Counted from the first letter of the stretch, positions 1-14,857 are shown. The stretch: DNA of 64,000 nt from the human T2T-CHM13v2.0 reference genome, Homo sapiens (GCF_009914755.1 NC_060938.1); one strand, 5' to 3'. Numbers and translations are program-made. The notes: generated from the sequence alone by a model not told the origin.

Positions 1-472
1 GCAATCTTGTTTAACTTGTTCTCAGCCAGTAGAAAACTGAACTTTTTGCCTCCAAAGAATGTAGGAGTAAATTTGGAAAAATTCTATTTCTTTTCGGAGG
101 ATTTTTCTATCTTCTGCGTTTCCTTCGACCTTATGTCAAAGCATGTCAATCTGTTTGGCATTCATGTGACCTAAATGATTTATTTCATTAGGCTAGAAAT
201 TGTTAATTACCCAGGTGTCTAGGGAGGACCCTACATTTCGGAGGGATAAATCAGTGAAAAGTGTGGAGGAATGGGATGCAGCTAAATTCTTTAGCATATT
301 GGACTTCTGTAGGAGGCCTCCATTCTAAAAGGGACATCAGAGCTCTTCTTGTCCTATTGTTGGTAGCTGAGTGTATCACTACAATTTGAAATTATGATGG
401 AAGAAGGTGTTTCATGTTTTAGGGAACTCTGCCCTATAAACACTCATAGATCGGTTTCTCTCTATGTTGCAG

Positions 473-688
473 TCCCTCTGTCGTGAAATCAAGCAACGAC
501 GTCGAGGAGTTGCCTCCATTCTGCGACTATGCCAGCATCTTTTGGATGACCGGGAGACTTGCAATCTGAATGCAGACCACCAGCCCATGCAGCTGATCAT
601 TGTAAATCTTGAAAGAAGGTGGGAAGCCATTGTCATGCAAGCCGTCCAGTGGCAAACACGTCTACAAAAGAAGATGGGAAAGGAATCT
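473..688 (+). CDS. AKAP6: AKAP6 internal coding exon (72 codons, SLCREIKQRR...QKKMGKES), end of the last spectrin repeat
   Basis: Acceptor ttctctctatgttgcAG|TCC (471-472) and donor TCT|GTGAGT (689); phase 0/0; spectrin-type helix (LERRWEAIVMQAVQWQTRLQ); joins in frame to the 48181 exon (KES|ETLNV); recognised as mAKAP sequence. Confidence 0.95.
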
Positions 689-1539
689 GTGAGTGATGCT
701 TTTTTTAAGCATAATTGTCTGTCATTTTCTCAGACAAAAAATAATTCTTTCAGGCTTGGAAACGGTGTTCATCTTATAAATGGTTTTACTAACTAACTTA
801 AAGTGGTTTTGCCATCTTACAAGTGGTTTTAACTAACTAAAGCTCATAGTTTTACTACGAACTAGCTGTCCACTAAATGAAACTCCATTTGTCATAACAC
901 TGACATTTATTTGCTTTATTAAAATTCCTTTAGTGTACCTCATTGTCTTTTTGAAAAAAATCACATGGAGATTTCGCTTAACCTTACCAACCTAAGCCAT
1001 TAATTCTTTCAATCATTCCTTCACTAACAATATTCATTAATCATACAATAACCCATGAATATTTTGCTAGAAAGTAGCTTAGTACTGTCAGAGCATATGG
1101 AGTAATGTGTATGCTCTGCAGATAATACAACGAAATAAAGTACATTGTTTACTTTTCCCTGACATGACATGAGTTAACATCATCTATTTGTACAGTAATC
1201 TCCTAGTGTTCCTGCTTAGAGCTTCTTCTGATAGTTACATTGCTGAGAATTGGCAAGTTTCCTCTTAGAGTTTTAATGCAGTGCTCAAGGTGGTGAGTAG
1301 AGATTCCTTTTAAGGATTTTCCAAATTGAGTACAGGTTTAAGCTGTTGCTAGATGAAGGAAATAGATATAACTAGAAGTTGTTTCCTTGTAATATACGAT
1401 GCATATTTGTCCAGAGAGCCTTCATATCCTTTAGGAAAGAATTTATCGATAAAAAAGATTGCATACTCCAAATGACCTTGAGGTCAATGTCTATTAGTTG
1501 AAGGCCCAACTCCCATGTTTGACTTATATAAATGGAATG

Positions 1540-1571
1540 CATACATACATACATACATACATACATACATA
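1540..1571. repeat. (CATA)n microsatellite
   Basis: About 8 perfect units. Confidence 0.95.
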
Positions 1572-2228
1572 GAATGGAAAGTTTTCCTTATATGTTTATA
1601 TTTTTCAGTTCTATAACTTTGGAAAGTTCAGGATCCAAAATTGAAAAATCAAATGTAAAAATCATGAAAAATCCTCCTATGAATTCTGATTTTAACGAAG
1701 CCTTAATATCTGCTCTTTGACGTGTTAGGCACTTGGGACTGGGAACAGAAGGGACAATGAATCAGCAAGCCATCTAATTCTTTTTGCATCTGTAGATATA
1801 TTGAGTCTAGGGGGTGATTTTATCGTCAATAGTTCTGTTTAATTGTTTTAAGCTGAAGTTGTTAAATTTCTTAAGACTTCCAAGTTATTACTAGTAATCA
1901 GAGTCAACATAATTAGATGTCTTTTCTTGAAATGACCTGTTTTTTTGTAAAGCTATTTAGCTGGCATGTTTTTTGTTTGTTTTGAGAGTGTTTGGAAGGG
2001 CAGATGAGATTATTATTATTACTTTCTATACTTTTAAGCCTGTAATCGTGGTAGTGGCCATAAGATATATGCAAAAATCAACTGCAGCAGGCAAAGTTGT
2101 GAAATTTTTGAAGCATTCAAACTGCTTTGGAGGAGGCAAAGTTGTGTTTCTTTGAGGATTTATTTGAAATCGTATGATCAGGGGTTCTAGAGCAGTTCTC
2201 TGCAGACTAGATGTAGACATTTTTATCC

Positions 2229-2525
<297 letters not shown>

Positions 2526-2978
2526 TTATTCTACTTCTATGGTAAAGGCAAGCTTTAGCTTTGAGGCAACCCTGGCTGCTTCTTAAAGGTTCAAGCTACT
2601 ACATACAGGTAGATACAAATTCCAAACAGAGAAAGGTGTTTCCTTTTGTTTAAGGTGACTGCTGAATGTGTAGACTGGAAAAATGAAGGTAGCAAATAAG
2701 GTCCTCTGTGCTGAAAGTTGAAAATCACTGTCAGAAAAGGAATGAAGAGAGTGGTCTAATGCCAACAAATACTGTGAGCACCGGGTACATCATTCAGTGG
2801 GAGATATTTCTCTGCTTCTTATCTCTGTTGGTTGAGTGAAGAGTCCAGGTTGCTTTGAAGTTGCCAATGTGGGAGGCTGCCTTTGCAGAGAATCAGAATC
2901 CTCTAAGTTGGCTCTTCAGTTATCATATGTCCCCACTCCCATTTCATCCTTGCTTGTGCATTGGGACTTTCACTTCTT

Positions 2979-3340
2979 TGATATGGTTTGTCTGTGTCCC
3001 CAACCAAATCTCCTCTTGAATTGTAGCTCCCATAATTCCTAGATGTTATGGGAGGGACCGAGTGGGAGATAATTGAATCATGGGGGTGGTTTCCCCCATA
3101 CTGTTCTCATGGTAGTGAATAAGTCTCACTAGATCTGATGGTTTTATAAGGGGAAACCCCTTTCACTTGGTTGTCATTCTCTCTTGTCTGTTGCCATGTA
3201 AGATGTGCCTTTTGCCTTCCACCATGATTGTGAGGCCTCCCCAGCCACATGGAACTGTGAGTTCATTAAACCTCTTTTTCTTTATAAATTATTCAGTCTT
3301 GGGTATGTCTTTATCAGCAGTGTGAAAACAGACTAATACA
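2979..3340 (+). mobile_element. THE1 (ERVL-MaLR) solo LTR
   Basis: TGATATGGTTTG...GACTAATACA termini, about 360 bp, matches recalled THE1B/C consensus. Confidence 0.92.
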
Positions 3341-3415
3341 CTGCTATATCCCCCAGGGCCTGGGAAATACTTGCACATAGTAGGTCTACAAATAAGTATT
3401 TGCTGAATGAATGAG
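3341..3415 (+). mobile_element. L2 3' end remnant
   Basis: cacatagtagg...tatttgctgaatgaatga tail. Confidence 0.65.
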
Positions 3416-4551
3416 TACATGTGTTCATTTAATAAATTTTGTTTCATTCTGGCATTTGATTTGGAGTTACTGTATCTATATTCTAAATTTTTACATTTTT
3501 TCACAAAGTAGCTGAGTGTTATGTTTCTATAAGAACACCAAGAAGATGATCTTTAATCTTTCTTGCTTAATAAGGCCTCCCCAGACTCTCAGACCTGTTT
3601 CCTAAACTCAAGGAGACTGTCAGTCTCTAAGTGGAGTCTAAGGAGGCTAAAGTGGCTAACATTGCTACAGGGCAGAGTGCCAAAGAGGAAAGGGCTACAC
3701 AGACAGGGCGCACCGGAGATATACAGAGGGATGCTCTCAAGTACTCAGCAGAAGGAACCACCTGAAAGGATTAGAGGGAACACTCCCTGGAGCTTGCACA
3801 GAGCTAGAAATCATTCCCTTTTCCCTCACTCATAGTAGAAACCCTCATCATTCACAAGGCATGTGATAAGGTACCAAGAAAAGTTTTTGCCTTAGTAATG
3901 GGGCAAACTTAGACTAAATGCTGCTCTGGTCTTGCCCAAAAAAAACTTAAAAGCAAGACCTGAAAGGATCAAACTGTTTCAAAGTAATTTAACTATACTC
4001 CCAGGACAAAGCTCAAGAATATTTATAGGAATACAAATACCCAACATACAACAAGTTAAAATTTATAAAATTTATAGTGTCTGACATCCAATCTAAACCT
4101 ACCAGGAATGGAAAGAAGCAGGAATAGTCAGCTGATGTGAATATGAATATTAATCAATATAAACTGATCCAGAAATGTCACAGAGTATAGAATTGGTAGA
4201 CAAAAACATTAAAAGTTATTATACCCGCATTCCATATGTTCAAGCAGCTGGAAAAAATATTGATCATATTAAGTAGAGACATTAAAAATATCTACCTGAA
4301 ATCACATTATAAAGAGGAAAACTATCATTACTGAGATGAAAAATACACTGGATGAGATTAACAGCCAATTAGACATCACAGAAGAAATAATTTGTAAACC
4401 TGAAAACATAGCAATAAAAATTGTGCAAAATGAAGCAGAAAGAAAAAAAGACAAAGCAAAATAAAATCAGAGCATCAGTGAGCTCTGAGGTATCTTCAAG
4501 CAGCCTAATTGAAGATTAGAATTAGAATCCCATAATAAAAGGAAGGTGGAA

Positions 4552-4850
<299 letters not shown>

Positions 4851-5334
4851 GATAGTGGAATAAAATAACCTAGAATTATATATACAGAGAAAATATCATT
4901 CAAAAATGAAGACAAAATAGTTTTCATTCATTAAAACCTGAAAATATTCATTACCCATCGACCTGTACCACAAGAAATGTTAAAGGCAGTCCTTCAACCA
5001 AATGGAAAATTATATCAGATGGAAACCTGGATAAGCACAAGGGAATGAAGAAGACTGAAAATAGTAACTATGTGGGTTACTATGAAATTTTTTTTGTATT
5101 ATTTAAATCTCTTTAAGTGGTAATAGACTGCTTAAATCAAGTTGATAACAGCTTATTGTCTATTTATAACATATGTAGAAGTCAAACGTATGACAACAAA
5201 ATATTGCAACGGCCAGGAACTATGTGGTTTTTATTCTATGTGAGGTGGTATAATATCATTTAAAGTTTTTTTTTTTGAAAAGAGGATTAAAGAAAAAATT
5301 AGACATGTGATAAGATAAAATATATGCTTTTGGG

Positions 5335-5643
5335 TTTTTTTTATTTGTTTGTATTTTTAGATACGGGGTCTTACTCTGTTGCTCAGGCTACAATGCTATG
5401 GCACAATCATGGCTCACTGTAGCCTTGACCTCCTGGGTGCAAGCAGGTCTCCTGCCTCAGTCTCCAAGTAGCTGAGAATACAGGAGCATGCCAGCATACC
5501 CAGCAATTTTTTTTTTTTTTTTTTTGGAGAGATGGGATCTCGCTATGTTGCGCAGGCTAGTCTCAAACTCCTGGCCTCAAGCAGTTCTCCCACCTTGGCC
5601 TCCCACAGTGCTGGGATTACAGGCATGAGTCGCCATGCCTAGC
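5335..5643 (-). mobile_element. Alu (AluJ-like)
   Basis: Reverse Alu dimer. Confidence 0.9.
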
Positions 5644-5912
5644 TTATAACTCTTTAAAAACATAACAAAAAGCTATAATGAGTAGGCCAACAGAGGAAAT
5701 GAATAGAATCATTTAAAAAAAAAATAAAAGAAAAAGAATAAAAAATAGATGCAATAAATAGAAGAATAGCAAGATGGAAGACTTAAAACAACTGCATAAA
5801 TAATCCTGTTAAATGGGAATGGACTAAAAGCCCCAATTAAAAAGCAACAATGATCGGATTAGGTTTATAAAGCTCTACTGAGTTACATGTTGCCTATGAG
5901 AAACCCAATTTA

Positions 5913-6232
5913 GGCCAGATGTGGTGGCTCACACCTGTAATTTCAGCACTTTGGGAGGCTGAGGCAGCAGGATCACTTAACCCCAGGAGTTTGAGACCAG
6001 CCTGGGCAACATGGTGAAACCCCGTCACTACAAAAAAATAAAAATAAAAAATTAGCCAGGCATGGTGGCAGTGCACCTGTGGTCTCAGCTGCCCACTACT
6101 CAGGAGGCTCAGGTGGGAGGATCACTTGAGCCCAGGAGGTTGAGGCTACCATGAACAGTGTTTGTGCCCCTGTACCCCAGCCTGGGCAACAGAGTGAGAC
6201 TCTGTCTCAGGACCAAAAAAAAAAAAAAAAAC
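5913..6232 (+). mobile_element. Alu (AluJ-like)
   Basis: Dimer, poly-A, TSD gaaacccaattta / gaaacccacttta. Confidence 0.92.
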
Positions 6233-6636
6233 AAAGGAAACCCACTTTAAACATAAAGATATAATAAAGCTAAGAGATGGAAATATATATATTAAGCTAA
6301 CACAAACAGAGTTGGAGTGGCTGTATTAATAGTAAACAGTGTAGATTTCAGAGCAAAGAAGATTACAAATTATAAAGAAGCTCATTCTTAATGATAAAGA
6401 TGCCAATTAATCAAGAAGACAACATTACTAAATGTTTATGCTCTAAAACAGAGCTTTAAAATACATAAAGCAAAAATTGATACAACTGTGAGGAGACAAC
6501 AAAAACAGACCATTTTGGGCAGAGATTCCATTACTTTTTCTCAATAGCTGATAGACCAGAAAAATCAGTAAAGATATAAAAGACTTGGAATGATACTATA
6601 AAGCAATTTAATTGGCACTTAAAACACTCTATCCAA

Positions 6637-7347
6637 GGCTTTTATCAAAAGGATAATGAATAACAATTGTTGGTGAGGGTGTAGAAAAAAGGGAACCCTT
6701 GTCCACTGTTGGTAGGAATGTAGATTGGTGTAGCCTCTGTGGGAAGCAGTATGGAGGTTCCTAAAGAAAGTGAAAATAGAACTACCGTATGACCCAGAAA
6801 TCTCTCTTGTAGGTCTATACCCAAAGGAAATGAAATCACTGCCTCATAAGGATGTCTTTAGTCACATGCTCATTGCATCATTATTTATCATAGCCAAGAT
6901 ATGGGAACAACTGAAGTGTCCATTAGATGAATGGAAAAAGAAATTGAAAAAAAAAACATATATATATATATGCATGCTTATACACATATACACACACAAT
7001 GTAATATTTGGCCTTAAAAAAAAAGGAGATCCTGCTATTGGTGAAAACATGGATGAAACTGGAGGACATTATGCTAAGTGAAATAAACCAGACACAGAAA
7101 GAAAAATATTACATGATCTCACTTATATATGGAATCTAAAAAGAAAAAAAGAAAGAAACAGAGAATCTGAAGGGAAATGGAAAGATGTAGGTCAAAAGAT
7201 ATGAAGTTGGAGTTATGGTCCTATTAAAAAATCTAGAGATCTAATGTACAATCTGAGATGATGGATATGTAAATTTGCTTGAATATAGAAGTCACTTCAC
7301 TACATGTATCAAAACATCATGTCGTACACAATATATACATTTAAAAA
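6637..7347 (+). mobile_element. L1MA/MB-like 3' fragment nested in the older L1
   Basis: ORF2 C-terminal homology (KIELPYDPEI) plus 3'UTR; host L1 endonuclease region resumes afterwards. Confidence 0.8.
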
Positions 7348-7455
7348 TCAGTCATGTCATCCAGCAGCAGCAGAATATACATTTAAGTGCACACATAACA
7401 TCTACTAAAACTCTCTTCTGAGCCACAAAACAAGTCTTAAATTTAAAAGAATTCA

Positions 7456-7564
7456 GCCAGGTGCAGTGGCTCATGCCTGTAAGCCCAGCACTTTGGGAGG
7501 CTGAAGCAAGAGGATGGCTTCAGCCTGAGACTAGCCTGAGCAATATATCGAGACTCCATATCTA
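7456..7564 (+). mobile_element. FLAM / Alu left monomer
   Basis: Left-arm sequence only. Confidence 0.8.
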
Positions 7565-8092
7565 TTTTTTTAAGTTAAAATAACTCATGTCATACAAAGT
7601 ATGTTATTTGACTATAATAGAATTAGTTTCAAAATAAGTAATAGCAATATATTTGGAAAATCCTCAAATACATGGAAGCTAAATAACACACTTATATACA
7701 ACTCATGGGCCAAAGAAGAAATGAAAAGGGAAATTAGAAAGTATTTTTAATTGAATAGTAACAAAATATTAAAATCTGTGGGATGCCACCAAAACTAAGA
7801 TCTTAGTTTTCACCTTATGAAACTAGAAAAAGAAGACCAAATTAAACCCAAAGTAAATAGGAGAAAGAAAATAATAAAATCAAAGCAGAAATCAGTGAAA
7901 TAGAAGACAGAAAAAATAATAAAGAAAAAAATCAATGAAATGAAAATCTGGGGTTATTTTTGAGAAGACCAATGAAATTGATAAACCTCTAGCTAGATTG
8001 ATTAGGGAAAAAAAGAGAAAAATAAATTATCAGTATCAGGAATAAGAGACAGACATCACTACAGCTTCTACCAATACTGAAAGAAGACTGTC

Positions 8093-8163
8093 AGCCAAGA
8101 TCGCGCCATTGCACTCCAGCCTGGGCAACAAGAGTGAAACTTACTCTCAAAAAAAAAAAAAAA
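8093..8163 (+). mobile_element. 5'-truncated Alu 3' end
   Basis: gccaagatcgcgccattgcactccagcctgggcaacaagag followed by poly-A. Confidence 0.85.
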
Positions 8164-8670
8164 GAGAATATGAAGGTAATTTTATGAATAATCTTTTGTC
8201 TACTAAATACATTGAGTCATTAGTTTAAAACCTCCCCAGAAAGAAAATTTCAGACCTAGTTGGCTTTATAGGTGAATTCTACCAAACATTTAAAGAATAC
8301 ATAATATTAATTTTATGCAAAGTTGTCCAGAAATTGAAAAGGAAAGAATATTTTTCATTCTCATTCCTTGGGCAAGCATTACCCAGATGTCAAAAAGGCA
8401 ATACAAGAAAACTGCTGGATGATATCCCTTATGAATGTCAATAAAAAGATTCTTAACAAAATTTTATCAAATCAAATAAAAAGTATATAAAATAGAAACT
8501 ACATCATGATATTGTGAGGTTTAGCCTAGAAATACGTAGTTTCATACTTGAAAACAATCAATGTAATTCATCGTATTTGCACACTCAGGAAACCCATTTG
8601 ATTATCTCAATGCTGAAAAAGCATTTGCCAAAATCCAATATCCTTCCTGATAAAAACTCTCAGAAACCTA

Positions 8671-9048
<378 letters not shown>

Positions 9049-10430
9049 CTAAGGAAAAACTTAATAATGGGGATCCACAGCTAAGAAACAGTTAACATCA
9101 TACTCAATAGGAAAAAACAGAATACTTCTCCTCTAAGATCAGGAATAAGGCAAAGATGTACAATTTCACCATTTCTATTCCAAATTGTATTGGAAGTTTT
9201 AGCCAGATCCATAAAGCAAGAAAAATAATTTAAGACATGCCATTTGTCAATTAAGAAGCAAAATTATTTTTACTCAGAGATTCCATCACCATCTATGTAG
9301 AAACTGCTACAGAATCTACAAAAAGATACTAGAACAAATAAGGGAAGTTAACAAGGTTATAGGATACAAGATCAATATATAAATGTCAATTATATTCTAG
9401 ATATTACTGATAAATAGTCATAAATTGAAATTTTTAAACATTCAATTTATAATATTAATAGTACATGAAATGCTTAGGGATGTATCTAACAATAGATATG
9501 GAAGAACTGTATGCAAACAGCTACAAAATATTGCTGAGAGAAATTATTAACAAATAATAACTAAATTAATAGTGGACTATACTGAATTCATGGATCAGAG
9601 GATACAATATTAAGATATCAAATCTCCCCAAATTTATCTATAGAATTAATGTAATCCCAATGAAAATCTCTGTGATTTTTTTTTTTTCGTAAAAATTTGT
9701 AAGCTGATTCTAAAATTCATTTGGAAATGCAAAGGACATAGAATACCCAAAGCAACTTTGAGAAAGATGAGTTAAATTGGAGGATTTATACCTCCTGATA
9801 TCAAGAGTTATAATAAAGCTACAGTAGTCAAGAAAGTATGGCATTGCTGTCAAGGTCAACAAATACATCAATGGAACAAAATAAATATTTCAGAAATAGA
9901 GCTACACATAAATGGTCAATTAATTTTTAATAGAAGTACAAAGGCAATTCAATGAAGAAAGGATAGTCTTTTGAACAAATGATCCTGGAACAATTGAATT
10001 TCCATATGCACAGACATAGATTGATCCGTATAATGTGCCATATAAAAATTAAGCAAGATAAATAATTGACCTAAATGTAAAATGTAGAAAATTTTAGAAA
10101 AAAAATCATAGGGTAAAATCTTGTGATCACTGGAGCAATAATAAAGGGTAACGAGAAATCTTTTGGGAGTGATAGAAATATTCATGATCTTGTTTGTAGT
10201 GATCATTTTGTATGCATATTCTTATATCAAAACATAAAATTTTACATTGTAATATGTATAATTTACTTTATTTAAATTATACCTCAATAAAGCTGTTTAA
10301 AAAAAACACATATTCAGAATTTTAATTACAAAGGAGTTGATAGATTACCCTGAAGCCTGGCAGTGAGTATCCTTGTCTTGGTATAAGTAAATGAAAATGG
10401 GCATTCCTTTTCTGAAGAACCAAACAATGC

Positions 10431-10672
10431 TAATAACAGCTAACACATCGCACTTGATATATATCAGGCAATGTTCAGTCCTTTAAGACTCTTAATAACC
10501 ATATAATTTACGTGCCATTATCCTCTATTTTACAGAAGAAAAAAATTGAGGCAAAGAAAATTTCAGCAATTTTTCCAGAGTTACCACCTGGTTTGTAACT
10601 CATCTGAGATTTGAACCTGGGAGCTCTGGCTTCAGAGTCAGTGTCCTGAATCAACAACCTAAACTGCCTCTC
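10431..10672 (-). mobile_element. MIR
   Basis: Reverse MIR core (attttacagaagaa...tgaggc...gatttgaacctggg). Confidence 0.75.
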
Positions 10673-13090
10673 TAAGACAAAGCCTTCTTTAATGATAAGA
10701 ATGGTACATATGCAGCCACCTTTAAATCAAGTAAATGAACAAGACTTTCATAAATACAAATTAAGTGACTTAGATTTGGAAATTAGGTGATTCTATTTTC
10801 AATATATTTTGGAAAATTATGGATCAAATTTTCGTATCACATGTGACATATGGAGAAGTTTTAATTGTCAAAAATTATATCTAAATGGGCTATGAAAAGC
10901 AATAATTTCTTATGAGAACTTTAAGAAAAAGGCGTAAGCAAGCACTTTCTGTTTCAATGTGCTAGAGAAACTAGAGAAGAGGATTTGGGCTGCTGTGTGA
11001 ATTGGTTGACCACTGATAGTTCACTGACACTTATTTAAGCATTTCCTATAAGTCCATGGGAATTCTTATTAAATTCACACATGCGTCACAGAAACTCATG
11101 ACATTTATGGAATTTGTAGTAAGAAGGACACTTTTCCAGCAGTGATTTGTATATACCACAAATCAAATTTCTCTTCTCAAATGCCATCTTAACAAACCTC
11201 TCTACTGAACAGGTTCAGTCTAGTATACACAATTTCCTCAGGGGAATCTGCAAAATTGCTAACACAAGAGGGTGTTATACATTGTGAGGAGACATGTTTC
11301 TGTTTTTAACTTTTTTCCATATTAGTTTTGTTTGTCTAACTTACTGTTGGAGATCCCTCTAAAAAGCCATGTGGCATATCTTAAGTGTCACTCACCAAGA
11401 GAGTGGGGCTGTTGTATTACTTGCTAACAGCATTGAACATGTACTGTTTCTCAGTTGCTGTGTTACCACTTTTAATATGTTGTGTTATTTAATCTTCATA
11501 ACAACCAAAGATGAAGAAACTAAATTTTTGATAGATTACATAAATTATACAAGGTTATGCAGCCAGTAGGCGGAGAAAGGTGTGGACGCAGGCGTATCTG
11601 ACTCCAAGATGTAAAGTTCTTTTAGTTCTTAAAGGGTTTATTGACAACAATTTCTTGCCTTTCTTCCCCCTAAGACTACTTTGGTTGTTTAGTATATCTT
11701 GGTTAATGATTTATATTGTTATTCTTTTTATTGGAGACTGCCTGGAATTCCTTTTTGAATTGAATACAAGAAGAATCATATAAATGATTGATAGCACAGT
11801 AATTTTTGTTAATATACTGTTTTCTATTCATTAGTCAGTTCTGAGGACTTTGGCATGACATATTAAAGATCTGCAGACTCAAGTTAGACTGGATTGAATT
11901 AGAGAACACCATTTGGAAATAAATCCAGTGCTTCCCTCCATTCTTGTTCATTGGCTCTTTTTTCTCTATTGCATGTCCTTCCAATGAAAATTGGCTCTTA
12001 CATAAAGAGTTGGATTCATCAGAAGAAATACATGAATAGAATTAACTATTGGTATTATTTGGAAAAATTTCAAACCAAAGAATGAGAAATAACAGAATAA
12101 AGAAAGTAAATCTTGAGAGGGAAAACATTTCTTTTGAATAATTGAAATTTAAAATTAAATTTTGAATTGAGAAAGTTTGAATAATTATTAAGTTACAGTT
12201 TAGATTTTTAATATATATTTTTAAGAATGAAATACTTTGGATAACATCATCATATATGATCATTCAATGTTTTTTACTTTTAAAATATTACCAAAAGTAA
12301 TAGAATGAGTTCTATGTAAAACTCTCTTGAGTTTCCTGTTGGCAGTTTTCTTGAATCCAAAGACGAAAATGAAGGGAAAACTGATCTGACAGTTAATATA
12401 TGTGTGAAGCTTAGTTGGGGAAGTACTTGCAAAGTGTTGTAAATATAAGGCTCTTTGAGTGTTGGTTGGAAGTAGTATGGGATTTTGCTATAAATATCCT
12501 TGCTTTGCCAGTCTTTGAAAGATCTTCTACAGGACAACTTCTTTCTCTCACAACTTTCCCAGTTCAGATTCTTACGTCATCTGTACCATATAAACGAATG
12601 CTATACTTATTTGGACATAGTCAAACCAACCAAGACATAAACTAATAAGTAAAAGGACACAAATTTCTCTTTAGTTTTCAGAAATATGAGAATGTGATTT
12701 AAAAAAAAACTGGTGAAGACACAAGTATCATTCTCAGAAAATGAAAATGATTTCACAAAGTGTCGTATTACATTTATTGATGATGTCCCCAAGTAATGTC
12801 CAATTCACTCCCAGATTTTTTAGGAAAATGTTCTGGGGTCATTTCTAACAACTGAGGACACCACTGCCATTGAGTGGGTGCATCTGGGGAGACAGTAACA
12901 ATGCATGAAACAACCCCGTATGCAGACAGATTTTTCCACAAATGCCAGCAGCGTCCCCATTGGAAAACACTTTGTTCTGTAACCATTTTGGTGCACTGTT
13001 ACTTTCATGTTCGCTCTGAGGACAGATCTCTGATAATATACATCTGTAAAATACTCATTTCAGCTCTACTTAGCCCTCTGAAAGACCTAA

Positions 13091-13423
<333 letters not shown>

Positions 13424-14729
13424 TAAACCTTTATCTTAAAAGCAAGAAAAATTTGCCTTTCCTGTCTGTTTTCTTACCTCTCTAACTCTCATATAAGTCC
13501 TCTGAATAGTCCTATCACTGTTTTCTGAGTTCAGACAAGTAGTTATCAGTAGCAAGTAAATTATTCTTGCTTTTCAATTAAATGTTTTAAACAGAAATAA
13601 TGTGGATTCCTTTGAAATATTTTTATTTCAAAGAGTGTGCTTTTGAATCCTTTGTGAATTTAGGGTTTTAAGTTTTTATTCTTTGTACAAATATATTTTT
13701 TTCTTTTGCTCTGGCACTCCAGAACTCCAGCATTGAAAACAGAACATCGTGTCTAGAGAAACCTTACACATTTATTGGCCCCAAAAATACATAACACATC
13801 TAGCCACATAATTGAAAATAATAAGGCCACGATAAATGGGATGGCCCCAGGGTAAAACACCCAAAGGATTCAATTGGTGTCACTTTGCATCAATGTCCAT
13901 GCATCATGGTAATTGAGGTAACATAACCAATTACCACATTTTAATTAGAGTTCTAAGAACTCGAGGAAATTTGCAATGATCAGACAGCTCACTTTACAAA
14001 AGAAAGGAAAGAATGAAAGAAAGGGGGGGAACCCCACACTTTTTCTGCCTCTCAATCTTATTATTTGGTGATGCATATATTAAGATAAATAGCATTCTTA
14101 TCTTAATCTGACGAATGATTTCAGAAATGTATGACCAAAGAAATTCTCTAGATTGTGACCTCAGCTTATAATTTCATTTCCCATCTAGGTGTACCTCGCC
14201 ATTGTAACTTGGGGATTCATTCTAAGTTTTTAAGTCAGTATCTGAACACAGTGACACGTTATTAAATACATATTTATCTGGGTTTGGTTGCTGAACAAAA
14301 ATAGATCTAGATTTCACCCCCCCAAAAAAATTAAAAGCAAAAAGAATTACTACATTTAGAAAATAATTTTGACTTGTGGCAATTATTTTTATAAGGCTAG
14401 AGTTTAAGTGAAAAACCTCCTGTAAAATTTTAGTGCTGCTACATAATCAAGTAATTATGTAATTACTTGTACTTAATTACTTACAAGAGAGATCGCTGTT
14501 AAAAAAAGTCTTTATGCATGTCAAAAACAGCTCTCTTCTTTAGAGTATTTCTAGGTAAGCTTCAAATACCAAAAAGCTCTTTCAAAGTAATCTCCAATAA
14601 ATTTATTTTTCTTTTATAAATCCCTCACCATTTTTTTCAAATATATGCAAGTACATTACATAGAGATCTATATGCCCTCCCTCCTGTTTCCACTTATTAC
14701 AGCCAAAAACAAATGTGTCATTCCAAATC

Positions 14730-14857
14730 CTTGGGAGGCTGAAACAGGAGGACTGCTTGAGCCCAGGAGTTCAAGGATGCAATGAGCCGTAATTATACCA
14801 CTTCATTCTAGCCTGGGCAACAGAGTGAGACCCCATCTCAAAAAAAAAAAAAAAAAA
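14730..14857 (+). mobile_element. FRAM / Alu right monomer
   Basis: Right-arm sequence with poly-A. Confidence 0.8.

Noticed and set aside
411-472. Upstream alternative acceptor ttttAG at 421-422
   Set aside because: Would add 50 nt and shift the frame; no support from sequence alone.
3236-3248. PRDM9 hotspot motif in THE1
   Set aside because: Sequence is CCTCCCCAGCCAC, lacking the T of CCTCCCT / CCNCCNTNNCCNC, so it is the non-hot form.
12820-12972. Possible hAT-Charlie MITE remnant (also 32136-32352)
   Set aside because: Only one terminus resembles consensus; too degenerate to call by eye.
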